Assembly: GCA_965202585.1 (NCBI GenBank)
Contig: OZ241829.1
Coordinates: 24,986,001 to 25,050,000 of the forward strand
Direction of reading: 5' to 3'
Source: Thalia democratica
Lineage: Eukaryota
DNA: 64,000 nt
Part shown: positions 37,701 through 48,900 of the stretch, piece after piece
How the letters are laid out: each line of letters starts with the position of its first letter
Position numbering within the stretch: the stretch's first letter is position 1
Position numbers and translations under genes: made by a program
The notes under the pieces: generated by a model
What the model was told of the DNA's origin: nothing
What the model saw: only the letters and a program-made list of their open reading frames with translations
The model's database searches: none

Positions 37701-40700
37701 TCACGCCAGTTTACAAGTATCCCGCATGACACAGAGAATATACGCACGCAAACTCAAAAGTTATTTGTCAACCAAACATCGGCGTTTTGTCACTTTTGTC
37801 CAGATTTCCATTGTCCTTTCTATCCGCCCCTTTCCACATAATGCGGACACTAATTTTTATCGACAATGAATTATTTGTTTTTGTTGTAAATTGAAAACAG
37901 TGTTTGCCGAGCAAATTTTTCCCTTTCACAATAGGTGAGTTTTTTCTTTGGGTTTTTTCGACTTCTGCTCCCGTATTATTTTCAATGTTATTTTCTCCGC
38001 TTTGTAATAAAACACAGTTTTGCCGTTTTTTTGTTCGCAAAGTGAGCGTGAACTTATCGAGCATTTTATCAAGATTTGAGATATGCCAAAGTTAATAGGA
38101 TTAATAAAACTGTTTAAACAGTGAATAGTTTTGTATATGCTTCTACTGGGGCATAGAAATAAATTGCAAGTAATCTTTATCGAACTTACCATCAAAAAAT
38201 GTACTTGAGTACTTTTTAACACAACTAAAACTATTTTAATTTTTATATAGCTTATTCAAACTAAGCCTTTCTAGCTTTTTGCAACAAATTTAAAATAAAA
38301 TTAATTCCAAAAAAACGCTTGTTACCGTTAAATAGACAGTAGTGTTGATAAAATTCAATGTATGTAAATAATTTAACGCTTTAAAATAAAAAAAATTAAA
38401 CAATTCTTAACAGCAATACTTTCCGCCTCCGGACCATTCCGTGTCGACCCCGGACGCCCAACAGCAAATGTCGATACCGCAGGACAGGTGCAACAAGAAC
38501 AAGCTCCACCAGAGAGACCAGAGGTCCAACTCATTCACGCCCCAGTGCGCACCCGATGCCAACAGCCCCACAGGTGAGCGAGGAATTTTTAAATGCTTTT
38601 GTTTAAGACAGTTTCCAGTGCGTGAAAACAATGGGTTAAACATTTCTACTATTGTGCTTCTTCGGTTATCAAATGCACTACTTATTTTATTGTTATCTGA
38701 TTTGTTAGTTATTTTTAAAAGCAATGAAACTTGGTCTAACAAGCTTACAGCGACGGAAAATCAATTCTCATTAAAATTTCAAGTTAAAGTTTCCATAACA
38801 CCGCTTCCTCATTTATTTATTATGGCCCGTGTCCCAAAAACCTCCCCATAAAGTTCCGTCTTTGTTTATTTAGATCTGCCTAGCAACTGCATTGTTGTCA
38901 AGAAGAAGTCATCGTTGCTATGATCCCAGGAGACTGCGACTCGTGGTCATTGTGTATTTGTTCATAAGCAAATATATGTTTATTTCAAGCGTTGTTTTCA
39001 TAACGAAAGCTCACTCTATGGTTTTCTTTATTGTGAACTCAACTGTCGAAGTCTTGCTGTAAACAGTATATTTAGCTTTTTAAAATTGTTTACAAGATTT
39101 TTAAAAGTTTACAGGTTACATAGTTTTATGTTTACAACTTTTTAAATTTAGTTTTCTAAAATCAAACTTTAGTCAACTACTGTTTTCTTAAACTTCAAGC
39201 TACTTTCAGTTTTGGTTTATATATAATCAATTAAAATGCTGATCTGAAATAAAAACTTGCGAAAGTAAAAACAAACAGAAACTTACATCAGGCCTTGTCA
39301 ATTTTTTCTTGAGTTTTGACGAAGCTCGTATAAAATATATCATTTGGCCTACTACGGTGCCAAAAAACGAAATATGACATCATAAAGCACCGAAGCAAAA
39401 GCGGTTTTCTGGCTTTGAACTTTGATTAAAAGTTGTGCTTCCGTTTTGTTTTAAAGTTTGAACTCTGGTGACATTTGAAGCGTTACTTCCTGACATTTTA
39501 TGACAGTACCTACAACATCTTTTTTGATAATTTCCAGCATTAAAACAACACATTAAAATTAAATGCAAAACAAGGCAAGCTCATCTTGTACCTTTTTTAC
39601 AAATAAAGTTGTAAATCTGCTCAACACTCATATAAGTTGCAATTAAATATTCGTCAAAGTTAACAAAGTTTTACGAAGTTTTTCCACTATGCGTTTTTGT
39701 TTTTTGCATAGTTTTGTAAAAACACAAACTTTTGTTTTTAAAAGTATCGTTATTTAAAATGTATCTTTCTGTCAAGTACTTTTAGGAAGTCTTGTTTGAA
39801 AGAACAGACCTTTTTACACAATTTTAAACTTCTCAAACAATTTGTTTCTCCACCAGGGAGCGCATTGGAGGGCAGCACGTACTCCGGAGAGGGAGGAGGC
39901 GAAGAGGAGACGGAGCCGGGAAAGAAGCCGCCGCAGAAAAAAAGGGGGATTTTCCCTAAGCAGGCGACTAATATCATGCGAACGTGGCTATTTCAAAATT
40001 TGACAGTGGGTATAATTAAAATACTTGAGTAATTGAATGTCTGGTTGCTATAATTACTGAAAAATTAAGCCAAATTGATTATTTTATATTCCTATAATAA
40101 AATTAAATCTTAGTTATTTAGATGTACTTTTAGTAAATAGTTATTATTTAGTTTATTAAATTATTATCAATCATAAGATTTTTCAATTGCTAAATTTTAT
40201 TTTTCTATAAAACAATTTTTTTAGTTAAATTTTCTTAAACTCTTAGTTAGAATCAAAAAAACTTTTACAAAGGATTTAGAATCTACGAATACATTTTAAA
40301 AACTAATTTAAAGTTTTAGCTGACGACAGAAACAATTGTTGTTTTTACAGCACCCGTACCCGTCAGAAGAACAAAAGAAGTCGTTGGCAGGACAGACCGG
40401 GTTGACGATATTACAAGTCAACAATTGGTGAGTTGATGTTAACAAAAACTACTCGTGAAGTATAAATTGGTTATAAATCGATCAACCAGTGCAAGTAATG
40501 AAATTTGTGGTGGGCAAAAATAGTAGTCAGAATTCAGTAAACTAGTTTTGCAAAGTCTAAAACCTCAAGAAATTGCAACTTAGATTTGTTTTGAATACAA
40601 TTTTAAAACTAATAGACAGTTAATTTACTTCAACTTACATGAAAGTTTCTCCGTAATAAAACATGTGTAGATATTTTTTTGAATTATCATTTTCGAGTCT

Positions 40701-43700
40701 CTTAGCTACAAGTTTGAGATCTCAAAACTTCACAAATCTCGATTTTCAAAATGCAAATATCATAAATTGATAGCGCTTACACGCTGGTCTAACTCTTGGC
40801 ACTCAAAAATTTGTCACATTTTAGTGCAAACGAAGGGAGAATGTCCGGTTAGAGTCTGATGTTGCTTTGTCAAGCTGCAGTCAGTGAGCAATGTAAAGAG
40901 AACAAAACACGTAAAGTCGATAATATAATTTAGCTACAAACGAAAAATAGCCAACTGAGTCAAAGTTAATGATTTCGAGCTTTAATACGCTAGTTATTAC
41001 CAAAATACTTTAGAATTTAGACTTTTAGAAGGCTCTATTAGTTTTATACTGATATAAGTTTGATAACTGCTTCAGAGTACTTTTTTAAATTAGACAGATA
41101 CTATTTAAAGTAAAAGTTGTCATTTAGTGATTTAAAAGAATTAAAACATAATAGCTCAGAATAACTAGGTTGTGCTTTAAATTTTTTAAACTTTCCAAAA
41201 TTTAGTTTAACTTCATATAAAACAATGAATATATAATATGTATAATAAATACATAACATGCATATGTATAATCTAAAATGAAAACAAAGCAAAATAATAA
41301 AAATAAATAAAAAGCAGTGTAGTTTCAAATTAAACATAGCTATTTTTACAATAGAAAAGAAATATAAAAGTTTAATTTTTCACCAAACTTTTTGAATTTT
41401 TAAACTTTTACAAAAAAATTGTTGTATCTAAACTTTCTAATAGAAAAATTTTAAAATAAAAGTATGATTTTAAGAGCATATAGTCTTTTAAGTTAAAATA
41501 CTTAACACTACAATTTATAAAAAAAACTAAAAATAACTTAAACAATACAAGTATATAATTTAATTACTGTTACAAGATTAAACTGATTCAATTTAAAGAT
41601 TTTTAAATTACTTCAAGGTTTTAAACAGTTATAATAAACTTTTAAAACAAAAGCAACTTTACAATTGTTTTATCATTCCTTTTTATCTGTTGCTTTAAAA
41701 CGTCGACATGTTGTGTGTAGCTCATTTGCTCAAGTGTTAGAAAGAGGTTCAACCAGAGGATAAAATTGCGACGTCATAAAACAATAAAGCCTTTCAATAT
41801 TTCCACAACTTTAGTTGCTTGTAACCAACGGGGCTTCATTTTTCATACAATTTTTCCAAAAAAAAATAAAACAAGTAATAAATAAATTAAAAATTAATAT
41901 AATATAAAATAATCAATGATTGTTTAATATTTCAACGAGTAATAATTACTGGTGACTACTGCAGCTATTAGAATACCATTAAAGCAACCTTGGTGGTCGT
42001 TTCTTCCCCCTATTCCATCTGATAATCTTTCCATACTTTAAAAGATTTATATTTCGACAGCGAAGAAAATAAAGATAAGAATCTCAACAACTTTACTTGT
42101 GAATCTTAAAGCTTATATTATGGCCTTTTTACTACTGACCTTATAGGCTTAACATTCCAACAAACTTTTATTAATATGCTATTAGAAAAAATTCTTAAAG
42201 TTCATATTTGTATTATTATTCTTTTTATTTAGCTTGATCAAATTTGTTACTTAAATTTAAAAAATATTAATAATAAAAATGAAAAAAAGCTGCATTTTAA
42301 ATTTAATTTTTTTTTTAATTTGAAAAAAAAAAATAGTGATCAATTTCAAATTTAAAAGAGTAAAAGTATATTTTTATAAGTTTAAGCTTAAACACACAAA
42401 AGTTTTAAAACAAATCTTTGTTTTTCTCAAAAACAATTGGATTAAATTCCAGTTATTTCTTTGACATGCTTTTACTAGAAAAAAAACTTAAATGCACTAA
42501 ATATCCTGTATAAGTAAAGGGTGGAAAAAAGTGAACTTTAAATGGCATTCCTTAAATTTGCACAAGAAAATATTTATTTTCTAATTTTAGGTCCTACCAA
42601 GCACGTACTAGGGCATCTATGAGCAAACAAAAAAGCTGAAAACTTGCTAGCCCTGCTACGTCACAATTAAACTTTCATTCGACACGAAATATAACCCTAA
42701 ACAATCTAAAAAAAGATAAGAAATTTCTAGCCGAATAAATTTGGTCTTTTGTCTACTGGCCGATAAGAATCTTTAAAGTTTACATAACATGTATTTTGCT
42801 TTTTACTACTTGAAAAATTCATGAAAAGCTTAAAATGAAAGATCTAGAGATAAAAACGAGCAGTTGAACAACTACCTTTAACTAAAAAACAACAAACAAC
42901 TTTAATAAAACTACTTTTAGCTTGTATAAACTTAATTGAATATTTTTAAGAGTTTAGAAACACCTAGTTGACTTTTCAATGAGTCATCCCTGAAAACCTC
43001 TAGTTGCTATAGCAACCGACCACCATGGTCGAAACGCCTGAGGTCACTCGCATTCCTATGGTAACTGTGGTTAACAAAATCGTTGACTTCCAACTTTCAC
43101 AAACTTTACTATTAATTTTTTTCGTGATATAGCACAAACCAGGTTTCCTAGGAATCTTGAAACTAGTAAGAACTTTTAGAAGGTGTTTAGACTTTTTTTG
43201 ATTAAGATCTGCAGAAACTTTTAGTTGTTTACAAACAACTTGAAGCCTCCTGCTGCAGTTTGACGGATTGCGTTGCTTAAATGTCACTTTTTATAAGCTG
43301 TGTGGCAAAGTGTCATTTTTATTAGCTTATTGATGAGTTTATAGGTGGTCCGTCACCTTTTAGTTTTTCGTTAAGGAGAAAGTTGCGTAAATTAAAATAA
43401 GTGACATTTTCAATGAGTTAGCACTTATATAAAAATTTATAAAATGATTTATTTTCTCTTGTCAAAAATTTTAATTAAGCATTAGTTAAGAAACAATTTT
43501 TTTATTACGCTTAAACTTGTTTGTATGTACGTAGAGTGCACACCAAATTATCATATAAAACTGTGTTCGTAATTTTTCATTAAAATACTAGAAAACTTTT
43601 AATTGAAAGATTTATTGATTAATCTTGTTACTAAAAGTATTAATTTGAACTTTTGTTTTTAATCGGCAAACTTATTTTAACTTAATAGCGCCACTATGCG

Positions 43701-44814
43701 GTTAATAAATAAAAGTTTATTTTCAATATGATATACATTAATTCAAATAGATGTTTTTCAATTTAAACATGCTTGTTTGGTTTTGTTAAACACAGAATGA
43801 TAAAAATATTTTTTTAACACATTGTTAATGTATATTTATAAAGATTAGAGACTTTACAGCTTAACTAGTTTTAAATAGTTTTGATTCTAAGTTATACAAT
43901 TTATAACTTATATTAACAACTCAAATTCTTACAGGTTTATCAATGCTCGGAGGAGAATTGTACAACCGATGATTGATCAATCTAACAGAGCAGGTTCGTG
44001 TTTAAATAATTCGAAAATTGTTTTTTAAAACCTGCATCGTGTAACTTTGTTCAAAAACTTACTTTTTATTTAGTTAAAACTGACAAAATATTGCCAAAGT
44101 ACTTTTTTTCTAAGTTTTAAGAGTTGATGAACATTTAATTATTTTTTCAGCATCCAACTCGATGATGAACCCTTACAGCCCGGACGGTCAGCCGATCGGC
44201 GGGTTTTTTATGGACCAATCAGGTCATCTGCCCATGAGACACCCGGGAGGTTGGCCCGCGGGTAAGAGTTTTTTTTACTTAAAAGCAAAGTAAAGATTCA
44301 TAATAACCTAAATCTATCAATGCGTATCGTAATATAACTATTTATAATTCAAGCGCACTAAAATGTTATTAGCTTAGTTTTTAAACGTCAACTAAATTAG
44401 AAGCTGGTATATATTCAATTAAACTTTTTTTTTATATAGCATAATTAATTACGTACTAAAGTGTTATTAGCTTAGTTTAAAAAATCATTTAATTGGGAGT
44501 TAATACGATTAGAATTGTTGAAAACTAATAAAAAATTCAAACCAGGTTTCAACGGAATGCCGGCCGACATGATGATGGGCAACAACTTCATGGGGAACCC
44601 CCAGAACCACCACTCGCAGCAGGGAATCCCCCACCTGCGACACCCGCCCACCATGCTCCTCCCACACCACCCGTCGCTCATCGGGGGTTTTCCCCCGAAC
44701 CACCACCCTCACGTCCACCCGCACCAGCAGGGCCACGCAACGTCAGTGGCGGGTCACGGAGGGGGAATTCCCGGAGACATCCAGTCCCACATCCACCTGG
44801 GTCCCACGTGCTAG
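4699..44814 (+). CDS. Meis: Meis/homothorax-family TALE homeobox gene, spliced CDS join(4699-4701,19099-19391,28541-28694,29733-29789,32423-32473,32684-32902,38414-38573,39857-40005,40351-40427,43935-43993,44151-44261,44546-44814), 533 aa
   Basis: Exons join in one open frame (1602 nt incl. TAG) through GT-AG junctions. The product has the HM/MEINOX domain ([10 protein letters not shown]...SFNEDIA...[22 protein letters not shown]...KGKMPIDL) and a TALE homeodomain ([61 protein letters not shown]). Intron positions and phases match vertebrate MEIS as I recall them. Exon 1 is less certain than the rest. Confidence 0.96.
10311..10939. promoter_or_regulatory. Candidate enhancer island in intron 1 (X-box cluster plus Meis sites)
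   Basis: GC-richer island with GTTGCTACGACAAC (10866), GTTGTCAAGGCGAC (10926), GCTGCGTGGCAAC (10837), a half-site at 10423, and CTGTCA at 10311, 10406 and 10494. Confidence 0.5.
14002..14045. repeat. Short tandem repeat, three copies of TCGTACTAAGT
   Basis: tcgttcgtactaagt-gca-tcgtactaagt-tcgttcgtactaagt read directly. Confidence 0.9.
19099..19391 (+). CDS. Meis: Meis exon 2 (N-terminal Gly/Pro/Gln-rich region to AHKEAIY)
   Basis: acaaacag|CAATTC acceptor and TACAA|gttggt phase-2 donor. KEAIYK|H matches KDAIYG|H of MEIS. Confidence 0.93.
22569..22914. repeat. Long near-perfect inverted repeat (foldback) in Meis intron 2
   Basis: Left arm 22569-22733 (165 bp) is the reverse complement of right arm 22741-22914, apart from a 9-nt expansion in a TA/poly-T run. 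The spacer is 7 nt (aaaataa). Confidence 0.97.
26863..26876 (-). promoter_or_regulatory. DR2 nuclear-receptor element (RARE consensus)
   Basis: + strand TGAACT-TG-TGAACC, i.e. GGTTCA-CA-AGTTCA on the - strand; both halves fit RGKTCA. Confidence 0.5.
28541..28694 (+). CDS. Meis: Meis exon 3 (HM/MEINOX box A)
   Basis: ttttcaacag|A CAC GAC ... CAA CGG|gtaagt; encodes [22 protein letters not shown]...[15 protein letters not shown]. Confidence 0.97.
29733..29789 (+). CDS. Meis: Meis exon 4 ([19 protein letters not shown])
   Basis: tattctag|ATA ... TTG|gtaagc, phase 0-0. Ends in EIDNL like the vertebrate ELDNL exon. Confidence 0.92.
32423..32473 (+). CDS. Meis: Meis exon 5 ([17 protein letters not shown])
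   Basis: tattcag|ATG ... AAG|gtaatt; 51 nt, near-identical to [21 protein letters not shown]. Confidence 0.97.
32684..32902 (+). CDS. Meis: Meis exon 6 (HM box B end, Gly/Ser linker)
   Basis: cgttcag|GTT CAC GAG CTG TGC ... AAA CAG|gtttgt; encodes [25 protein letters not shown]. Confidence 0.96.
35679..35988. mobile_element. Non-autonomous hAT (Charlie-like) MITE, about 310 bp
   Basis: Termini CAGTGATTCTTAACC and GGTTTTGAACTGCTG (10/15 TIR match). Flanking 8-mers atatatac and atatagac match at 7/8, consistent with a hAT target-site duplication. Internal GGGGTAA repeats. Confidence 0.72.
38414..38573 (+). CDS. Meis: Meis exon 7 (linker)
   Basis: cttaacag|CAA TAC ... ACA G|gtgagc; GC-rich, open, phase 0-1 as in vertebrate exon 7. 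The sequence itself is divergent. Confidence 0.88.
39857..40005 (+). CDS. Meis: Meis exon 8 (homeodomain N-terminal part)
   Basis: ctccaccag|GG AGC ... TTG ACA|gtgggt; encodes [23 protein letters not shown]. Confidence 0.97.
40351..40427 (+). CDS. Meis: Meis exon 9 (TALE loop, helix 2, start of helix 3)
   Basis: tttttacag|CAC CCG TAC CCG ... AAT TG|gtgagt; encodes [26 protein letters not shown]. Confidence 0.98.
43003..43016. promoter_or_regulatory. Perfect palindromic RFX X-box in Meis intron 9
   Basis: GTTGCTATAGCAAC, with TGAGTCA (AP-1) at 42980-42986 and X-box-like ATTCCTATGGTAAC at 43052-43065. Confidence 0.6.
43935..43993 (+). CDS. Meis: Meis exon 10 (helix 3)
   Basis: cttacag|G TTT ATC AAT GCT CGG ... 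GCA G|gttcgt; encodes [19 protein letters not shown]. Confidence 0.98.
44151..44261 (+). CDS. Meis: Meis exon 11
   Basis: ttttttcag|CA TCC ... GCG G|gtaaga; [15 protein letters not shown] resembles MEIS PYNPDGQPMGGFVMD. A second in-phase donor lies at 44250. Confidence 0.93.
44546..44814 (+). CDS. Meis: Meis terminal coding exon (His/Pro/Met-rich C-terminus, MEIS1B/2D-like), stop TAG 44812-44814
   Basis: caaaccag|GT TTC; phase matches exon 11. HLRHPPTM resembles QLRHGPPM of the long vertebrate C-terminus. Confidence 0.9.
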
Positions 44815-45977
44815 GCGGCGCTAGCGAGAAGGAGCAATGAAACATCGGATAATCATATTTTTACTTTTTGCTCCTCTCTTTCATGTTTGAACTTAGTTTG
44901 CGGACACTTAAAGGTATTAAAGTGCTTAAGAAAGAGTTCGTGGTAGTTTTATGAAGATTGTTGCTATTTTAATGATGTTACTTTAGAATTTTTTTGTTTT
45001 ATTTTTAATTTGTACATATGTTTCCAGTTTTTCTATGAATTGTCATAGAATGAATATTTTGTCAAAATTTTCAAACTGGTGTAAGAAAATACATCAAGGG
45101 AACTAAACAGCTTAACTCTTTTACGATGGTCTTTTGATATGCATGATTATTTTGTTCAAAAATGTTATTATACAATACTTATCGAATAATTAGTATTTTT
45201 GTAAGATTTATTAAATGCTCACATTTTAAGATAAAAGATTTTCGTCCAATAGGGTAGCATATTAAAGATAAAAACTGTTTTAAAGTCTAGTCTCAGTAGT
45301 AGTTTCTCTAAAAAAATAGTTCCCAAAACGATGATGAAAAAATGATGAGTTAGGAATAAATTTTGTATATTAATAAGTTATAAGTCACAAATAAGAATTT
45401 CTAAAGTCGAATTAGTTATGTTGACAAGCCAAAACTCTTTATAAAACATTTTTTGAATTATTTACAAAAATGTAATTTAGTAAAATTTATGATGGGTTAA
45501 GTTTATTTTCATTGTTTTTAAATTATTGTTACCTTCAAAGGTTATTTTTTTGTTTTTTTCGAAGTTAAAAACTTTTATTTACCAAAAAAGAATTGCTGTA
45601 AATTGTAAAACTTAATTTTAAGTTCTGTCAGTAAAAAAGATCAAGCCAAAACTGTTTTCCTTTTTTATATATATCTTTAAAGTTCTAAAGTTATTTTACA
45701 TAAGTAAACCAGATTAATTAAAAAAAAATTACACACATTTTAGTACTTCTTTTAGTTTTTAATTTTATTTTGTATCGAATTTAAATTGAATAATTTTTTT
45801 AAGTCAAATTATAGCTTAAGTCTTTGGTTAAAAATTTTGTGCACTAATTAATGATTTAGTCAATGTTTTATAAAATTTCACAATAGAATATTTTTTACTG
45901 TTTTTTTTTATTGTGCCTTTTGTATTTTGAATTTTTTATTTATATTGCATTCAAAATACAATTTCGTTGTTACATTC

Positions 45978-45993
45978 AATAAAAAGTAATAAA
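45978..45993 (+). terminator. Probable Meis polyadenylation signals (tandem AATAAA), implying a 3' UTR of about 1.2 kb
   Basis: AATAAA at 45978-45983 and 45988-45993 after a U-rich stretch. The hexamer is common in AT-rich DNA, so other sites are possible. Confidence 0.5.
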
Positions 45994-48900
45994 AAAACGT
46001 GCAAAAATCATCATTTAAAGCTTATCCTTTTTTATTATTCAAACTTGTAATTTTATTTACTATTGTTTATCTACCTTAGTAATAGTTGATCAAGTTAAAC
46101 AAATATCTTTATTCAAATACTAAAACCTTAAGAGACCGAAGAAAACTAAATTTAAATAAAAAGTTTTGTATAACACTTTAAGTCTACTAATCTGTAACAA
46201 TTCAATTAAGTATAAGAAAAAAAAAATTCGATAGTTCTTAATATGTAACTTTTTATGGTTTAAACTGGTAAAAAACTCTAAATCTTAATTAGTTTATATT
46301 TACCGTATGAAATTTAACAGCTTTACAAGTTAAAAGTATCTAAATTTCTTTAAAAACTACTTTTTAATCTTCTACGCTGCTTACAAAATGCAACGCTGTA
46401 GCTGTTGCTCCACCAAATAAATAAAACAAAAGAAAAGAAACTGTAAAAAGAAATAGTTTTAGAGTATTAATTTTTAAAGACTCTGCTTCAAGTGGTTACA
46501 TTTTTTAACGGGAACTTAGAATTTTAGTTCTTCAACTTAAAATTGATTTTACTGCCTTGATAATTTCGATTCTTAGGTTCAAATATATTTAATTTTCATG
46601 CAGTCCCGTGTAATTTAACAATTGCAAGTACAGTTATTTATTGCTTTTGTTTTACGAAGAAAAAGTTTAAAGTTCACTAAAATATTAAATTAAAAATATA
46701 TAAAAAAAATAAATAATAATTTGTGAGAATTAAAATAAAACCCCAAACAAAACAGACGTAAAGTGTAAAGTTTTTATAATTAGCACAAATTTAACTTATA
46801 CTAATCTCTCAAATACTAGTGTAAAACACATAAAACTGAATTTATTTTGAATTGCTGGTTATGTTAAAATATTTTTTTAAACTTAACAAAGTAAAGTTGT
46901 TTTAGAATACTTTTGTTTGATTATATACTTTATATGTAAGTAAAACCAAGTGGTTTAAGAAGAGCATTGTATGTTTATGTTTTGTTTTTACTTAATATTT
47001 TTGTTTGATAAAATTATACATGCTTTTTATAATTTTTAACAGTTTTGCTTAAAATATTTAATTATTTATTGTTATTCTTAATCTGAACCGGAAACTAAAT
47101 ATCAAAGTTAAATACTAGAACTAGAAGCTCTAAGTACTGCTTTAATAAACCCGAATCACTGTGTTCTGAACTAGGGCTCTGCAATTTTCTCTTCAGAGGG
47201 CAAGATTTACCACATAATATACTTTGTATGTTTAAATTGTGAGAAACGTCAAGCAGACAGCGCAATTTAGAAAACTTGTACTATTTAATTAAAAAAGAAA
47301 CCCGTGAAATCTTAATGCAATAAATGAATATTTTAAGTTATACTTTGAACTAAAATAAAGTGAGAAAGCACTTTTAAAGTACTTTTACTTCAAGCTGATT
47401 TTTTTTTAACAACATGTTTTCAAAGTAAAAACATGTTCGAAGATAATTGCTTGAGAGCGACACCCGATCTGTGGGCCGCACGTTGCCAAACTCTAATGTT
47501 GACCGCAATAAATGCTTACAGTTAAATAAATTAAGCTAGAAAAAATGTTGATTTTGTTATGCTTAGTACTCAGACAAGGCTTAAAACTTGAGGCTTTGAC
47601 TAATTTTTCATTTGCATCATATTAGAAGTTATTTAAAATTTAATAAAAAGTTAAAAATTTGCAAAGTCAATTGCGCTATAATTTTTTTTTACTTTCGCTA
47701 TAAGAACGAGGCATGAGCTGATCTAGAATACTTAGAATATTAGTTATTTTAACTTAATTAAACTATAAACAGTAAAGCATCTAAACAAAAATATATTAAG
47801 ATGTATAAGACTATTATTAACTAAAGTCAGCCTGCTTCAATTTTTAATGTTTAGGAAGTATTATAAAGTAATTTCATAGAATAAAAAGTTATTAATTAAA
47901 TTTTTAGGTATAATCAATTTTGTAAAAAAAGTTTCTTATACGAAATCAGAATAGAAACTTTTCATAGCAAAGTTTATTAAAATTGTTCTTTTCTACGGTT
48001 CAAAAGTAATTTACTACAAGTTTTAAGAAAATTCACTTTTCGATATTCCGATTTACTTGTAAAATACGAAGTTTAAAACAAAACAAGATCTAAATTTATC
48101 AAAAATAAGCTTGATTATGTTGCTTAAATATGAACAAAAAAGTGTTTTTAATTTAATAATAAAAAACATATATATATATATAACAACATTTTCATCGTTT
48201 ATTCAAAAATATACCTTGGGTCGTACATGAAACTGGTAACCAGCCAAAACAAGCTCTTCATTAAAAGTATTAGCAATTTAGAAATTATCATTATTTGGGT
48301 TATAAATAAAACATAATTTTACCATTATATGTACGATTCATTAGTAGTTTATTGAAAAAAATTCTAGTATATCCTATAAATATAAATTCAAAAAACATTG
48401 TAAAAATGACTTTAATCAATCATTTCTACTCTTTCTGTTGCAATATAGCAACGCTCATTTTTAGTTTGAACACCGATCGGACCAATTTCGCAGACTCCAG
48501 AAGAGATATACTTTATTATATTTTTTCTTATTTTTGAGGAAAAACGTTAGATTAGAAAATTGCCAGGGATCTTTTACTGTCAAAAAATCAAAACATTTGT
48601 CCATGTCTTAACTGCCTTATAATATTTTTGCCATTTTTTGGCAAGATCAACCCTTCCGGGTGGTTAACTTTGGTTGCAACGTGGACACCCAAAGCACAAA
48701 GTTTACACACCAGCTCCGTTCTTCTCAACAGCTTTGTCAGTAGTGTGTCTGACATGTTAGTAACCTAGCGATCTACAATAGGATTATTATTATAATTTAA
48801 TAAAAAGTGTGTTTTAATTTTTTTAGCATATGTGTTTGTAATACTTTTTGATATGCTCAAACTTAAATGTTTCAACTGGTTTTAGTTTATAGTCAATTTG

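Noticed and set aside
37029-38222. Stack of overlapping ORFs on both strands before exon 7
   Set aside because: No consistent splice sites or domain; best explained as a GC-richer non-coding island.
4702-44545. Non-canonical introns or a variant genetic code
   Set aside because: All Meis introns are GT-AG, and the CDS translates cleanly with the standard code.
19087-44736. - strand and off-frame ORFs overlapping exons (19087-19410, 28587-28835, 32621-32923, 32635-32868, 32757-32963, 38407-38742, 39750-39977, 44472-44681, 44509-44736)
   Set aside because: They are shadows of GC-rich Meis exons, where stop codons are scarce.
47455-47500. GGGCCGCACGTTGCC, resembling a hAT subterminal end (similar scraps near 51340-51430 and 63915-63950)
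   Set aside because: No matching opposite terminus or TSD was found, so boundaries cannot be supported.
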